The notes under the pieces are model-generated. The model saw only the letters and a program-made list of their open reading frames with translations. It made no database searches and was not told the origin of the DNA. A stretch of 64,000 nucleotides of DNA from Gemmatimonadales bacterium (lineage in GTDB: Bacteria > Gemmatimonadota > Gemmatimonadetes > Gemmatimonadales > GWC2-71-9): contig JBFGJG010000001.1 in NCBI GenBank assembly GCA_041577295.1, positions 242,260 through 306,259 of the forward strand. The letters are read 5' to 3'. Positions 1 to 11,007 of this stretch are shown here, piece after piece. Positions within the stretch are counted from its first letter, which is position 1; each line of letters starts with the position of its first letter. The position numbers and the translations under genes were made by a program.

Positions 1-4
1 TATT

Positions 5-1237
5 TCACGCCGCCTCCAACACGACGACCGTTTCCACGTGACTCGTCTGCGGAAACAGATCGTACGCCTGCACTGATCGTAGGTGGAGTGCGGGCATGCG
101 GACGAGGTCGCGCGCCAGCGTGGCCGGATCACAAGACACGTACACAAGGCGTGCGTGCGCACTCTCCCGTGCCCATCGGTCGAGGCAGGTTGCGACGCGA
201 CGGTGGAGGCCTTCACGAGGCGGGTTGACGACCACTGCGTGGGGTGGCGGCAGTCGATGCAACGCCTCTTCCGCCGGCGCGGCGATGTAACGCGAGGCCG
301 CACGACCCGCGGACATCCCACGCCGTCTAGCCCACGCTACCGCGCTGCGATCGCGATCAACCAACCAGGCGTCTGCGCCATGCTCCACTAGGAGCTCGGC
401 CGTGTCCCCCACACCGCCGTAGAGGTCCCACACGGTGCGCCCCGCGATTTCGCCAAGGCGTGCCACCGCGTCACGCCGGATGCGTTCCGCAAGGAGGGAG
501 TTGACCTGCTCGAACGCAAGCGCCGGAAAGCCGGACTCGGGACCGCTCATCACTCTGGCCGCGCCGTGGGGCGGCCGCCACCATAGGACGATTTCCGGAT
601 TCGCCAGCGCCTTCGCGAGGGGACTCGCGTCCCAGACATCACCGTGGCCGCCGGCCAAGATCACGTGTGTACGCCCAGTCTGGTCTTCCCGCAAAACCAC
701 CGTCTTCGTGTCCGGCGGAAACAGATCGACGTGCTCGGCGAGTCGGCGCCAGACCGCAATGAGCGATTCCCTGGTTATGAGACAATCCTCGAGCACGAAC
801 ACCGTTCCTGGACGCTCCAACGGATGCAGCCCGAAGTGCGTGCCGTCCCCGGCGAGCGTGATCTTCGTCCGGTATCGCCAAGAGTTGGGTGACGACACGA
901 TCTCCGGATCCGCAACCTGTCGTCGCCCTATTCGCCGGAGCGCGTCGCCAACGAGCCGCCGCTTGACCGCCTGCTGTGCCTCCGGCGCCAGGTGCTGAAG
1001 CTGGCAGCCGCCGCATTCATCCGCGACGTAGTGACGGCACCGGGGCCGCACTCGCAGTTCACTCGGCGTGATGAGGTTGACAAGGCGCGCGTGTGCGTGG
1101 CGTTTCTTGCGACGGGTGATCGCGACCTCCAGCACATCGCCCGGCGCTGCGCGAGGGACAAACACGGCCATGCCGTCGGCAAGGCGTCCCACACCCGCAC
1201 CGCCCTGAGCAATCGTATCGATATGCACCTGATTCAT
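5..1237 (-). CDS. rlmD: TRAM-domain RNA (uracil-5)-methyltransferase, RlmD/RumA family
   Basis: N-terminal TRAM (GAGVGRLADGMAVFV), Fe-S cysteines CRHYVADECGGC, DLYGGVG SAM motif, NPPREG and YVSCDPATL. The ATG at 1237 overlaps the accC stop (ATGA), so the 574-aa ORF call is over-extended. Confidence 0.85.
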   Translation of the reverse strand: MNQVHIDTIAQGGAGVGRLADGMAVFVPRAAPGDVLEVAITRRKKRHAHARLVNLITPSELRVRPRCRHYVADECGGCQLQHLAPEAQQAVKRRLVGDALRRIGRRQVADPEIVSSPNSWRYRTKITLAGDGTHFGLHPLERPGTVFVLEDCLITRESLIAVWRRLAEHVDLFPPDTKTVVLREDQTGRTHVILAGGHGDVWDASPLAKALANPEIVLWWRPPHGAARVMSGPESGFPALAFEQVNSLLAERIRRDAVARLGEIAGRTVWDLYGGVGDTAELLVEHGADAWLVDRDRSAVAWARRRGMSAGRAASRYIAAPAEEALHRLPPPHAVVVNPPREGLHRRVATCLDRWARESAHARLVYVSCDPATLARDLVRMPALHLRSVQAYDLFPQTSHVETVVVLEAA

Positions 1238-2733
1238 CGCAAGCCGGCTAGGCGAGCCGCCTTGAGCCATGCGCTCTCCGTGGGCGCACCCAGACTCGAC
1301 ACGGGCACCACGGTACGACGCGCCTCGTCTTCGGCAAGCGCCGCGGCAACCGCGGCTAGCTCGAGATCCTGCGCCGGTGGATCGGTGGCGAGCAGCACCT
1401 CCCCATGCCGTTCGAGGTAACCGATGTCGTAGACACCGCTCTGGAACGTTGGGTCGTCCATCACCCGCCGGTGAAAGGGCTGCGAAGTGGGGATCCCGAC
1501 GATGACCATCTCGTCGAGGGCTCGTCGCATCCGCCGAATCGCCCGGTCCCGGTTTTCCCCCCACACGATCAGCTTGCCTAGCAACGAGTCGTAGTGCAGT
1601 CCGATCTCCGAACCGGTGTCGACACCACCGTCCCACCGCACGCCGGCTCCGGTTGGCGCACGCAGAAATGCAATCCGGCCAGTCACGGGAAGAAAGCCTG
1701 AGGCTGGATCTTCGGCAGTGATGCGGCACTCGATGGCGTGTCCGCGCGGTCGCATGGGGCGACCGGGAAGACTGGTGGGCTCGCCAGCGGCGATCCGGAG
1801 CTGCTCACGCACTAAGTCGACGCCGTAAGCCAACTCGGTCACCGGGTGTTCGACCTGTAATCGCGTATTCATCTCGAGGAAGTAGAACCGACCATTCGCA
1901 TCGAGCAGAAACTCGACGGTGCCGGCACTGACGTAGCTCACGGCTCTAGCTGCCTGCACGGCGGCCTCGCCCATCCGCAGGCGAAGATCGAGATCCACGG
2001 CGGGCGACGGCGCTTCTTCGATGAGCTTCTGATGGCGCCGCTGAACAGAGCACTCCCGTTCGCCGACGTGGATGGTGTGTCCAAAGCGATCGGCCACAAC
2101 CTGAATCTCCACGTGGCGCGGCCGCTCGAGGCGGCGCTCGAGATAGACCGAGCCGTCGCCAAACGCCTTCTGTGCCTCGGAGGACGCCTGCGCGAACTTG
2201 GAACGCACCTCCGAGGGACTCTGGGCGATCCGCATACCCTTCCCTCCCCCTCCAGCAGCGGCCTTGATGAGGATCGGGTAACCAATGTTCTCAGCCGCGC
2301 GTACGGCCGCTTCAACATCCCCCACCGGTTCGGTCGTCCCCGGCACAATGGGGACGCCGGCAGCGGACATGCGTCGCCGAGCCTCTGTCTTGTCGCCCAT
2401 CGCCGCGATGGCGGCGGACGACGGCCCAATGAACGTGAGCCCCGCACGCTCCACTGCCGCGGCGAATTCCGCACGCTCCGCGAGGAAACCGTACCCAGGG
2501 TGCACCGCGTCGGCCCCCGTGCGCTCGGCAGCAGCTAGAATGTTCGCGATGTTGAGGTATGACGCCGAGGAGGGCGCCGCCCCAATCGCCGCTGCGGCAT
2601 CCGCCACTTGCACGTGCGGGCTTTGCTGATCGACCTCCGAGTAAACCGCGACCGTCTCAAGCCCCTCTTCACGGCAGGCCCGAATGATTCGCAGGGCAAT
2701 CTCTCCACGATTCGCAATCAGCACGCGCTTCAT
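1234..2733 (-). CDS. accC: Acetyl/propionyl-CoA carboxylase, biotin carboxylase subunit
   Basis: MKRVLIANRGEIALR, HPGYGFLAE, GGGGKGMR, ERECSVQRRHQK and FLEMNTRLQVEHPVTE. No fused BCCP domain. Confidence 0.95.
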   Translation of the reverse strand: MKRVLIANRGEIALRIIRACREEGLETVAVYSEVDQQSPHVQVADAAAAIGAAPSSASYLNIANILAAAERTGADAVHPGYGFLAERAEFAAAVERAGLTFIGPSSAAIAAMGDKTEARRRMSAAGVPIVPGTTEPVGDVEAAVRAAENIGYPILIKAAAGGGGKGMRIAQSPSEVRSKFAQASSEAQKAFGDGSVYLERRLERPRHVEIQVVADRFGHTIHVGERECSVQRRHQKLIEEAPSPAVDLDLRLRMGEAAVQAARAVSYVSAGTVEFLLDANGRFYFLEMNTRLQVEHPVTELAYGVDLVREQLRIAAGEPTSLPGRPMRPRGHAIECRITAEDPASGFLPVTGRIAFLRAPTGAGVRWDGGVDTGSEIGLHYDSLLGKLIVWGENRDRAIRRMRRALDEMVIVGIPTSQPFHRRVMDDPTFQSGVYDIGYLERHGEVLLATDPPAQDLELAAVAAALAEDEARRTVVPVSSLGAPTESAWLKAARLAGLR

Positions 2734-2748
2734 GTCGACACGAAATGG

Positions 2749-4299
2749 CTACAGGGGAATGTTGCCATGCTTTTTCGGAGGATTCGTGTCCCGCTTCGTG
2801 AGCAGCGTCTGAAGCGCGGACACCAACAAAGGGCGCGTATCACGCGGGTCGATCACGTCATCCAAGTATCCCCGGGAGGCGGCGTGGTAGGGGTGAGCAA
2901 ATTTCTCACGATAGTCCGCCACCAGCTGCTCGAGTCTCTCTTCCGGATCGTCCGCCGCCGCGATCTCCTTGCGGAACAAGATCTCAGCGGCACCCTTGGG
3001 CCCCATGACCGCGATCTCGGCGGTCGGCCATCCGACGTTGAAGTCGCCGCGCACATGCTTCGAGCTCATCACATCGTACGCGCCGCCGTACGCCTTGCGC
3101 GTGATCACCGTCAGCTTGGGCACCGTCGCCTCGGCGTACGCGTAGAGCAGCTTGGCCCCGTGCTTGATGATCCCTCCATGCTCCTGGTCCACACCGGGGA
3201 GAAAACCAGGCACGTCCTCGAACGTTACCAGCGGGATGTTGAACGCGTCGCAAAACCGGACGAACCGAGCACCTTTGACGGACGCCTTGATGTCCAGGAC
3301 GCCAGCCAGCACCGTCGGTTGATTGGCGATCACACCAACCGGGTGGCCCCCGAGCCGTGCAAAACCCACGATGAGGTTCTGCGCATAGTCGCGGTGGACC
3401 TCGAGAAAGTCGCCGTCGTCCACCACCCTTCGAATCACATCGTGCATGTCGTACGGCTTGTTCGGATTGTCAGGAACGATCGATAAGAGCTCTTCGTCAC
3501 GCCGGTCCGGTGAATCCGTCGGCGACCGGTGCGGTGGGCTGTCCAGATTGTTTCCCGGCAGGAAACTGAGCAGCTGACGGATAGCCGCTAGGCACTCGAC
3601 TTCGGTATCATGCACGAACTGCGCGACACCCGACACGGAGCCGTGAGCGTCCGCCCCACCGAGCTCATCCGGAGTAACGTCTTCGTGGGTCACCGTCTTC
3701 ACGACGTTTGGCCCGGTCACGAACATGTAGGAAACCCCGCGCACCATGAAGACGAAATCGGTGATGGCAGGACTGTAGACCGCACCGCCGGCGCAAGGAC
3801 CGAGGACGGCACTGATCTGCGGAATGACACCGGAGGCCAACGTGTTCCGCAGGAAGATGTCCGCATACCCCCCCAATGACACCACCCCCTCCTGAATCCG
3901 GGCGCCGCCCGAATCGTTCAGTCCTACCACCGGCGCGCCGTTGCGGACGGCGAGGTCCATCACCTTGCAGATCTTCTCGGCGTGCGCTTCGGCGAGTGAG
4001 CCACCGAACACGGTGAAATCTTGCGAGAAGACGTACACGAGCCGCCCATCAACCCGCCCATACCCTGTTACGACACCATCACCGAGAATCCGCTTGTCCT
4101 CGAGACCAAACCCTGTTGCGCGGTGCGTCACGAACCGGTCGAGCTCGACGAACGACCCCGTGTCGAGCAAGAGATCGAGGCGCTCGCGCGCGGTGAGCTT
4201 TCCCTGCTCGTGCTGGCGCTCGATACGCGAAGGCCCGCCACCCTGCTCGGATTCGGACCGCAGGCGATGGAGGGCCTCGAGTTGCTTCTTGATCGTCAT
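2749..4299 (-). CDS. pccB: Acyl-CoA (propionyl-CoA) carboxylase carboxyltransferase beta subunit
   Basis: [39 protein letters not shown] and C-terminal KKHGNIPL. Start taken at MTIKKQ. Confidence 0.93.
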   Translation of the reverse strand: MTIKKQLEALHRLRSESEQGGGPSRIERQHEQGKLTARERLDLLLDTGSFVELDRFVTHRATGFGLEDKRILGDGVVTGYGRVDGRLVYVFSQDFTVFGGSLAEAHAEKICKVMDLAVRNGAPVVGLNDSGGARIQEGVVSLGGYADIFLRNTLASGVIPQISAVLGPCAGGAVYSPAITDFVFMVRGVSYMFVTGPNVVKTVTHEDVTPDELGGADAHGSVSGVAQFVHDTEVECLAAIRQLLSFLPGNNLDSPPHRSPTDSPDRRDEELLSIVPDNPNKPYDMHDVIRRVVDDGDFLEVHRDYAQNLIVGFARLGGHPVGVIANQPTVLAGVLDIKASVKGARFVRFCDAFNIPLVTFEDVPGFLPGVDQEHGGIIKHGAKLLYAYAEATVPKLTVITRKAYGGAYDVMSSKHVRGDFNVGWPTAEIAVMGPKGAAEILFRKEIAAADDPEERLEQLVADYREKFAHPYHAASRGYLDDVIDPRDTRPLLVSALQTLLTKRDTNPPKKHGNIPL

Positions 4300-4345
4300 G
4301 CTGCGGGACGCCGTGGCCGCACCGGGATCACCCGACGCGGAACGG

Positions 4346-6217
4346 TCACGCCGCGGGAGGCTCGGACTCGTCCTCCTGCTTGTCGCCGCCCGGTGCTTCT
4401 GCTTCCACCGATACCTCACTCGACGCCTCGCTCGAGGTATCCGGCTGCTCGTCCTCAACCGGAGGTGCCGTAGCAGCCTCTGCAACAGCGGGTGCGTCTT
4501 GAGGTACCGTCGCAACCTCCGCAATGGGAGGTGCGCCCTCCGGAGCTTCGTGCAGCTCGGTAGCTGCTAACACGACCCGGTGGTGGATTGGATCGACTTC
4601 CAAGACCTTGAGATCCACGCGTTGGCCGGACTTGATCACCTGCTCGAGCGGCTTGCCCTCTGGGATGGGAAGCTGGGACTGTGGGACAAATCCCTCGAGA
4701 TCGTCGCCAAGGTCGACCACGACGCCGCTGTCCTGCAATCGGACGACGGTTCCCTCGAGATCCATCCCGACCGGGTGCGACTCGGCGATCTTCAGCCACG
4801 GATCTTCCTGTAGCTGCTTGAGCCCCAGAGAGATGCGCTTGTTGTCGGGGTCGATGTTGAGGATCACGACGTCGACCGTGTCGCCCTTCTTCACGATCTC
4901 GGAAGGATGCTGCACCCGCTTCGTCCACGACATGTCCGAGATGTGAATGAGCCCATCGATACCGGGCTCGATCTCCACGAACGCGCCGAACGACGTGAGA
5001 TTGCGGACCTTTCCAGTGATACGCGTGCCCACCGGGTACTTCATGGGCAACATCACCCATGGATCCTGCTCGGTCTGCTTCATCCCGAGGGAGATCTTCT
5101 CCTCCGCAGGATCGACCTTGAGAACAACCGCTTCGATCGTTTCCCCAATAGAAACGACCTTGGAGGGGTGACGCACGCTGCGCGTCCAGCTCATCTCGCT
5201 GATGTGCACTAAGCCTTCGATACCGGGCTCGAGCTCCACGAATGCGCCGTAGTTCGTGATGCTGACGACCTTCCCCTGCACACGGACGCCAACAGGATAC
5301 TTCTCGGCCACATTCTCCCACGGATACGGTTGGAGCTGCTTGAGACCCAGCGAGATCCGCTCACGATCCCAATCGATGTCGAGCACCTTCACATCGAGCT
5401 CCTGGCCCAGCTCGACAACTTCCGATGGGTGCGAGACGCGGCCATAGCTCATGTCGGTGATGTGCAGCAGACCATCCACACCGCCCAGATCGATGAACGC
5501 CCCGAAATCCGTAATGTTCTTCACGACGCCTTTGCGCACCTGTGATACCTCGAGCTCCTTCATCAGGTGCTCGCGCTTGTGCGCCCGCTCTGCTTCGAGG
5601 ATGACACGGCGAGAAACCACAATGTTGCGGCGTCGTTTGTTGAGCTTGATGATCTTGAAGTGGAATTGCTGACCGAGGAGTTCGTCGATGTTGGGAACGC
5701 GGCGGAGGGCGATCTGGCTACCCGGAAGAAATGCATCGACCCCCATCAGATCTACGACGACACCGCCCTTGATCTTCTTCATCAAGGTGCCTTCGACCGG
5801 CTCGTTGTTCTCATACGCATGCCGGATCTTCTCCCACACACGCATGAAGTCGGCTTTCTTCTTCGAGAGGACGACCGTCCCCTGCTCGTCCTCCAGGTTT
5901 TCCAGCAGGACTTCGACTTCATCCCCAGGCTCGACCGCGTCGAGGCTCTTGAACTCGTCGAGCGGTACGGCTCCTTCGGACTTGAAGCCAACGTCGAGGA
6001 TCACGTGGCTGTCCGTCACCCGTAGGACCTTTGACTTGACGATCTCCCCTTCCGCGATCTTCTGAAGTGTCCCCTCGTACAGCTCGAGCATCTTGGAATA
6101 CTCTTCGTCAGAGTAATCCTCCTCATACAAGTCTGGGCGGACGGGGGTGTGGTACGGTTTGGCGGTCGCGACACCGGCCGTGGCGTCGGGCGTGCCTTCC
6201 TGAGAGGCCTCACTCAT
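4346..6217 (-). CDS. rpsA: 30S ribosomal protein S1
   Basis: Six S1 repeats ([28 protein letters not shown] etc.) and an acidic C-terminal tail. Confidence 0.97.
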   Translation of the reverse strand: MSEASQEGTPDATAGVATAKPYHTPVRPDLYEEDYSDEEYSKMLELYEGTLQKIAEGEIVKSKVLRVTDSHVILDVGFKSEGAVPLDEFKSLDAVEPGDEVEVLLENLEDEQGTVVLSKKKADFMRVWEKIRHAYENNEPVEGTLMKKIKGGVVVDLMGVDAFLPGSQIALRRVPNIDELLGQQFHFKIIKLNKRRRNIVVSRRVILEAERAHKREHLMKELEVSQVRKGVVKNITDFGAFIDLGGVDGLLHITDMSYGRVSHPSEVVELGQELDVKVLDIDWDRERISLGLKQLQPYPWENVAEKYPVGVRVQGKVVSITNYGAFVELEPGIEGLVHISEMSWTRSVRHPSKVVSIGETIEAVVLKVDPAEEKISLGMKQTEQDPWVMLPMKYPVGTRITGKVRNLTSFGAFVEIEPGIDGLIHISDMSWTKRVQHPSEIVKKGDTVDVVILNIDPDNKRISLGLKQLQEDPWLKIAESHPVGMDLEGTVVRLQDSGVVVDLGDDLEGFVPQSQLPIPEGKPLEQVIKSGQRVDLKVLEVDPIHHRVVLAATELHEAPEGAPPIAEVATVPQDAPAVAEAATAPPVEDEQPDTSSEASSEVSVEAEAPGGDKQEDESEPPAA

Positions 6218-6296
6218 GTACAGCGTTCCAGCCTAGGGTTGAGGGTTAACGATTGACTCCCACCGCGCCCCTGAGCGGGCGTACGGCAAGCCACGT

Positions 6297-6325
6297 AGGT
6301 TAGAAGACCCGTTCACGTATGTCAA
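6297..6325 (-). promoter_or_regulatory. Sigma70-type promoter for rpsA
   Basis: Minus strand TTGACA (6325-6320), 17-nt spacer, TAACCT (6302-6297), about 80 nt upstream of the rpsA ATG. Confidence 0.75.
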
Positions 6326-6326
6326 G

Positions 6327-7004
6327 TTACGAGAACACCTTCCGCGCCAGTTGCACGACGCGCTCCACCTGATCCGCGAAGGTCAGGTGCGAAGTGTCGA
6401 GCACGATCGCGTCTCGTGCCTGGATGAGCGGCGCCACGTCACGCGAGGCGTCGGCCGTGTCCCGGCTGACCAAGCGCGCCGCCGCGGCCGCAACGCTCTC
6501 GGCATCCGCCGCGTGACCCTCTTGCTGCAACCGGCGCCGGGCCCGTTCCTCGGGATCCGCTATCAAGAAGATCTTCAGCGCTGCGTCCGGAAACACCACC
6601 GTTCCGATATCTCGACCGTCCATGACCGCGCCGCGCGGGTGCTGCGCAACCGCCTCGCGCAGCTGGACGTTCACCCACTGACGCACCGCGGGAAGTGCGG
6701 AAACCTCGGAGGCCCTCTCGGTGACCCGCCGTGCTCGAATCGCCTCCGAGACCTCGATGCCGGCGATCTCCGGATGGTAGCCGTCGGCGGCAAGGACCAG
6801 TCGGACCGGGAGCGCTCGCGCCACAGCGACGATCCGCTGACCCTCGAGCGGACAGTTCGCGTCCAGGGCGGCCAGCGTCACGGCCCGATACAACGCCCCA
6901 CTGTCCAAATGCGCGAGGTTGAGCCGCTCAGCAACCGCCCGGGCGGTGGTGGACTTTCCGGACCCAGCAGGTCCATCGATCGCAATCACCGGGCTAACGT
7001 GCAC
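6327..7004 (-). CDS. cmk: Cytidylate kinase
   Basis: VIAIDGPAGSGKST P-loop, LDSGALYR and DGRDIGTVVFPDA. Probable GTG start overlapping the aroA end. Confidence 0.95.
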   Translation of the reverse strand: MHVSPVIAIDGPAGSGKSTTARAVAERLNLAHLDSGALYRAVTLAALDANCPLEGQRIVAVARALPVRLVLAADGYHPEIAGIEVSEAIRARRVTERASEVSALPAVRQWVNVQLREAVAQHPRGAVMDGRDIGTVVFPDAALKIFLIADPEERARRRLQQEGHAADAESVAAAAARLVSRDTADASRDVAPLIQARDAIVLDTSHLTFADQVERVVQLARKVFS

Positions 7005-8280
7005 GGATTCGCTCCAGATCCTCGAAGAACCGCGGATAACTGACGCCCACCGACGACGCCTCCGAGAGGCGAACGTCCGCGCCCGGCGCCATGCCCAGCA
7101 CGGCGAAGGCCATGGCCATTCGATGATCGCCCCCCGTCTCGACTCGGCCGGCCGGGGGAGCCTCTGAACCAACGACGATGAGGTCGTCGCCCACGATCTC
7201 CGCTCGATACCCGACCGCGCGCAGGTTGATAGTTAAGAGAGCGAGCCGGTCACTCTCTTTCACGCGCAGCTCACCAACGTCACAGAAGCGCGTTTCTCCT
7301 TCGGCGCGGGCAGCCAGCACCGCCAGGATCGGCACCTCGTCAATGAGGCTCGGCACTTCTGCCCCGGGGACGGTCGTGCCGGAGAGCGGTCCCGCGCGGG
7401 CCACCAGATCGGCCACCGGCTCGCCGCCCTCTTCGCGTAAGGACTCCCGCCCGATGTTCGCACCCATGCGGTCCAGCACATTGAGGAATCCGGTTCGCGT
7501 CGGATTCACGCCCACGTGCTCGATGCGCACTTCACCGCGTTTCTGCGAGAGCACCGCCCCAACGAGGAACGCTGCCGAGGACGGATCGCCTGGGACGCGC
7601 AGCTGGAACGGCTCCACCTCGTCCGGGCGAAACGAGCGCGCGTCCAGCACGACCGTAGTTCCATCGGTCTCGATGGGGAGGCCGAGGTAGCGCAGCAGCC
7701 GTTCGGTATGATCTCGGGATCGCCCGGGTTCGGTGACGCGCGCCCGTACATGTCCCGCGAGCGCGGCCAGTAGAATCGCACTCTTGATCTGGGCGGACGC
7801 GACCGGAGTGCGGTAATCGAGGTCGTGGAGGCGGCCGCCTTCGATGGTGAGCGGAAGATGATCACCGCCATGTTCCCGAAACTGCGCCCCCATGAGGGTG
7901 AGTGGCTCGGTGACCCGCCGCATCGGCCGACGGCGCAAGGAGGCGTCACCGGTGAGTCGCGCCGTGAGTGCGTGCCCGGCCAGCGCCCCCACGAGCAGGC
8001 GCGCGGTCGTCCCGGAGTTTCCGCAGTTGAGCGTCGCCGCCGGCTGCCGCCACGGAGCACCCTGGACCAGCACTCGCTGGCCTGCGCGGAGCCGGCTCAC
8101 GCCGACCCCCAGCTGTCGCAGAACGCGCGCGCTGCTGCGCGCGTCTGCGGAGGTCAACGGGTGCACCACCTCGACCCTCGTACGGAGCATGCCCCCAACG
8201 ATCAACGCCCGGTGGGTAATGCTCTTGTCGCCTGGTGGCCGGATGACGACGGCGGCCGTCACGAGACGCCGCGACGCCAC
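6994..8280 (-). CDS. aroA: 3-phosphoshikimate 1-carboxyvinyltransferase (class II EPSPS)
   Basis: PGDKSITHR, NCGNSGTT, SAQIKSA, RDHTE, LRVKESDR and DHRMAM. Confidence 0.96.
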   Translation of the reverse strand: MASRRLVTAAVVIRPPGDKSITHRALIVGGMLRTRVEVVHPLTSADARSSARVLRQLGVGVSRLRAGQRVLVQGAPWRQPAATLNCGNSGTTARLLVGALAGHALTARLTGDASLRRRPMRRVTEPLTLMGAQFREHGGDHLPLTIEGGRLHDLDYRTPVASAQIKSAILLAALAGHVRARVTEPGRSRDHTERLLRYLGLPIETDGTTVVLDARSFRPDEVEPFQLRVPGDPSSAAFLVGAVLSQKRGEVRIEHVGVNPTRTGFLNVLDRMGANIGRESLREEGGEPVADLVARAGPLSGTTVPGAEVPSLIDEVPILAVLAARAEGETRFCDVGELRVKESDRLALLTINLRAVGYRAEIVGDDLIVVGSEAPPAGRVETGGDHRMAMAFAVLGMAPGADVRLSEASSVGVSYPRFFEDLERIRAR

Positions 8281-9101
8281 CGAGCGCCTTCTTCCAGGAG
8301 ACCGGTTATTGCGTGGGAATCCCCGCGCGTCAGCGCCTCGCGGAGCTCATTGATCACGGGGTGAAAGCCCTCGAGGCTGGCCATGAGGACCTCTCGATTC
8401 ATGAGCAGGATGTCGGCCCACATCTCGACGCTGCCCGCCGCGATGCGGGTCGTATCGAGGGCACCTCTTCCCAGTCGAGCGCCCTCGGGAGCATGGCGTG
8501 CGAGGGCGACGGCGAGCGCGGAGGACACGACCTGTGGCAAGTGACTCGTCCAAGCAACCATCTCGTCGTGCCGTCCCGCTTGAATCTGGACGGGAAGAGC
8601 GCCAAAGACTCGGGACCAGAAATCGGAGACCTCATTGATCGCGGTGCTCGCTTCATCTACTGGCGAAACGTAAACCACGGCTTGCTCGAACCGGTCGGGT
8701 CGTGCGCCACGGAAGCCTCTATCATGGGTGCCCGCAAGCGGGTGAGATCCGGCGAACGTCGCGCCGAGACCAAGTTGCGCAGCCAACGCGATCACCGGCC
8801 CTTTGACACTCGCCACATCTGTGCTCAGGAGCCCCCGTTGGCGGATCAACGCGGCGTGTTCCCGTAACAACTCGAGCGTGGCGCCTGGTGGCGCGGCAAG
8901 CACGAGAAAATCCGCGCCGAGCACCACTCGGCGAGCGTCGGTTGCGACCTCAGTCACCGCACCGTGGCGAGCTGCGCCCACCGCATCGCGGCGATCGGGT
9001 GAATACCCGAGGATCCTGCTTACGCCGGACCGCGCCGCACCCCATGCGACCGAGCCCCCGATGGCCCCGAGACCGATTACCCCGAGCCGATCCGGGACCA
9101 C
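8259..9101 (-). CDS. tyrA: Prephenate/arogenate dehydrogenase
   Basis: GLGAIGGS Rossmann motif, DVASVK, HPLAG, HDEMVAWTSHLPQ and DTTRIA. Upstream of aroA. Confidence 0.88.
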   Translation of the reverse strand: MVPDRLGVIGLGAIGGSVAWGAARSGVSRILGYSPDRRDAVGAARHGAVTEVATDARRVVLGADFLVLAAPPGATLELLREHAALIRQRGLLSTDVASVKGPVIALAAQLGLGATFAGSHPLAGTHDRGFRGARPDRFEQAVVYVSPVDEASTAINEVSDFWSRVFGALPVQIQAGRHDEMVAWTSHLPQVVSSALAVALARHAPEGARLGRGALDTTRIAAGSVEMWADILLMNREVLMASLEGFHPVINELREALTRGDSHAITGLLEEGARWRRGVS

Positions 9102-9152
9102 CGTTGCTCCATATTTACGCGCTCGCTGGGTGTATCGGTAACACCGATGCGG

Positions 9153-9641
9153 TCACCACAGCGGCACGCGGGGCCACCGCTCCACGAGCCAGCGATCGAC
9201 TCCGAAATGACGGCCGGCGCTCCCAAGCAAGAGTACCAAACCAATGAAGAAAAACGCCGCATCGTTGCTCGACGGCATCCAGAACCACGCACCTTTCATC
9301 ATCATGTAGTTGAGCACGAGAAACATCGCGAGCCCTGCACCAAGGCGCGTCGCCGCCCCAAAGATGAGTGACAATGCGACCGTCAGCTCTCCCAGAATGA
9401 CCAACCCTCCAAACAACCCAGTGCGCGGGAGCACGACGGAGTGGAGAAGGCGGGCGTACCACCCGTGTGAGCTTTCGGACATCCGCTCCAGAATCATCGG
9501 CAGGCGGTCGCCAAACCCGGTATCGCCGCCGAGCTTCGACACAGCGGCGATGAGGAAAATGATGCCGAGGTACACGCGGAGGATGACCAGCAGTGTGCGG
9601 GGAACGGTCGAGGTTGGGGGTGTGGATTCAGAGACCGTCAC
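9153..9641 (-). CDS. DoxX-family membrane protein
   Basis: LRVYLGIIFL..KL, GELTVALSLIFG and GRHFGVD with four hydrophobic segments. GTG start overlaps the upstream stop. Confidence 0.75.
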   Translation of the reverse strand: MTVSESTPPTSTVPRTLLVILRVYLGIIFLIAAVSKLGGDTGFGDRLPMILERMSESSHGWYARLLHSVVLPRTGLFGGLVILGELTVALSLIFGAATRLGAGLAMFLVLNYMMMKGAWFWMPSSNDAAFFFIGLVLLLGSAGRHFGVDRWLVERWPRVPLW

Positions 9642-10918
9642 CGGAGCCCAGCCTCCGCCAGGAGGACCAACAAGGCTCGCTTGATCCCAATCGTCGATTC
9701 TTGGTCGTACCACCATTCGTCCAACGCGTGGGCATTGCCCCCGCGGCCGCCACCACCAAGGGTGATAGCTGGAATGCCGCGCGCGATCGGGATGTTGGAG
9801 TCGGTGGAACTCCGTCGAGAGCTTGGCGTCGCACCGACCAAGCGGCTGGCTGCAAACGCTCGTTGGACCAGGGGGGTATTCACGTCGATCTCACCGGATG
9901 GCCGGTTCCCTATCATCTCGACCGTCACCGTAAGCGAATCGCCGCGGCGGCGTACGGCATTCTCTTCGGCGACGCCACGACGAACCGCGGCCTGAAAGAG
10001 CGAGTCGATCTGGTTCAAACGCTCGGTGCTCTCGGAGCGCATGTCCAACTCAAGCCACGATTCGAACGGTACGGCATTGACGGACGTGCCGCCGCCGATC
10101 CGGCCCACATTGTAGCTGGTGCGCGTCCCCACGCGAGTAAACCAATCTGCCGCATCGGCAAAATGAGCAATCGCGCGACCAAGGGCATGATGAGGATTGG
10201 CCAAGCCAAAAGCACCCCAAGAATGCCCGCCCGGACCCGACACCGTGACGCGATACCGGTGGGATCCGAGGCCCTTATGCGTCACCCCCTCGATAGAGAT
10301 CCCATCAATGGAAATGAACGCGTCGATCCTGGGGCCGTGCTCACCGAACAGGTGTTTCATCCCTCGCAGGTCACCCAACCCCTCTTCCCCCACCGTGCCG
10401 ATGAACAACAGATCGGCTTCGGTACGGATGTTCGCTGCATTCACTGCCCGCAGCAACGTCAGCACCACGGTAATCCCCCACGTGTCGTCACCAATCCCTG
10501 GGGCAAACAGCGTATCGCCGCGTTCTTGAACCGTGACGTCCGTTCCCTCGGGAAAGACCGTGTCTAGGTGTCCGGCGATGGCCACCGTCCGTTGCCGTAC
10601 GCGTCCGCGTCGGAGTGCGATCACGTTTCCTACGTCATCGGTCCAGACAGAGTCGGCCCCCGCCTCACGCAGCATTCGAGCATACGCGCGCCCACGCGCC
10701 TCTTCACCAAAAGGGGGAGCGGGAATCTCCGTGAGGCGGATGAGATCGCTGCGAGTTTGCGCTCGCCCCGCCTCGATCGTCGCGATCGCTGCCGTGACAT
10801 CCCGCCGCACCAAAAGTTGCGCAAGCTCCGAGTCGTATCGCGACTGCTGCGCGCGAGAGACTCCGGGAAACGTCAGACTCACGAGAACAGTGCCAACGAG
10901 CGGTGGAAGAATACGCAT
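9638..10918 (-). CDS. Secreted M20/M25/M40 metallohydrolase
   Basis: Signal peptide; AGHLDTVF, GIGDD, GEEGLGDL, GGHSW and HALDEW. Confidence 0.88.
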   Translation of the reverse strand: MRILPPLVGTVLVSLTFPGVSRAQQSRYDSELAQLLVRRDVTAAIATIEAGRAQTRSDLIRLTEIPAPPFGEEARGRAYARMLREAGADSVWTDDVGNVIALRRGRVRQRTVAIAGHLDTVFPEGTDVTVQERGDTLFAPGIGDDTWGITVVLTLLRAVNAANIRTEADLLFIGTVGEEGLGDLRGMKHLFGEHGPRIDAFISIDGISIEGVTHKGLGSHRYRVTVSGPGGHSWGAFGLANPHHALGRAIAHFADAADWFTRVGTRTSYNVGRIGGGTSVNAVPFESWLELDMRSESTERLNQIDSLFQAAVRRGVAEENAVRRRGDSLTVTVEMIGNRPSGEIDVNTPLVQRAFAASRLVGATPSSRRSSTDSNIPIARGIPAITLGGGGRGGNAHALDEWWYDQESTIGIKRALLVLLAEAGLR

Positions 10919-11007
10919 ACCATTCCTTTTCTAGAGGCGTCGAATTCGGCTCTGTCGTGGTTTATCCGCAGGCGACATTTCGCTGGTACAGGCCAACGCA
11001 GCCATCG

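Noticed and set aside
1238..1729. N-terminal extensions of ORF-track calls (rlmD here; likewise pccB, cmk, multicopper oxidase, zinc-ribbon gene)
   Set aside because: They overlap neighbouring genes or the tRNA. Homology and coupled starts indicate shorter proteins.
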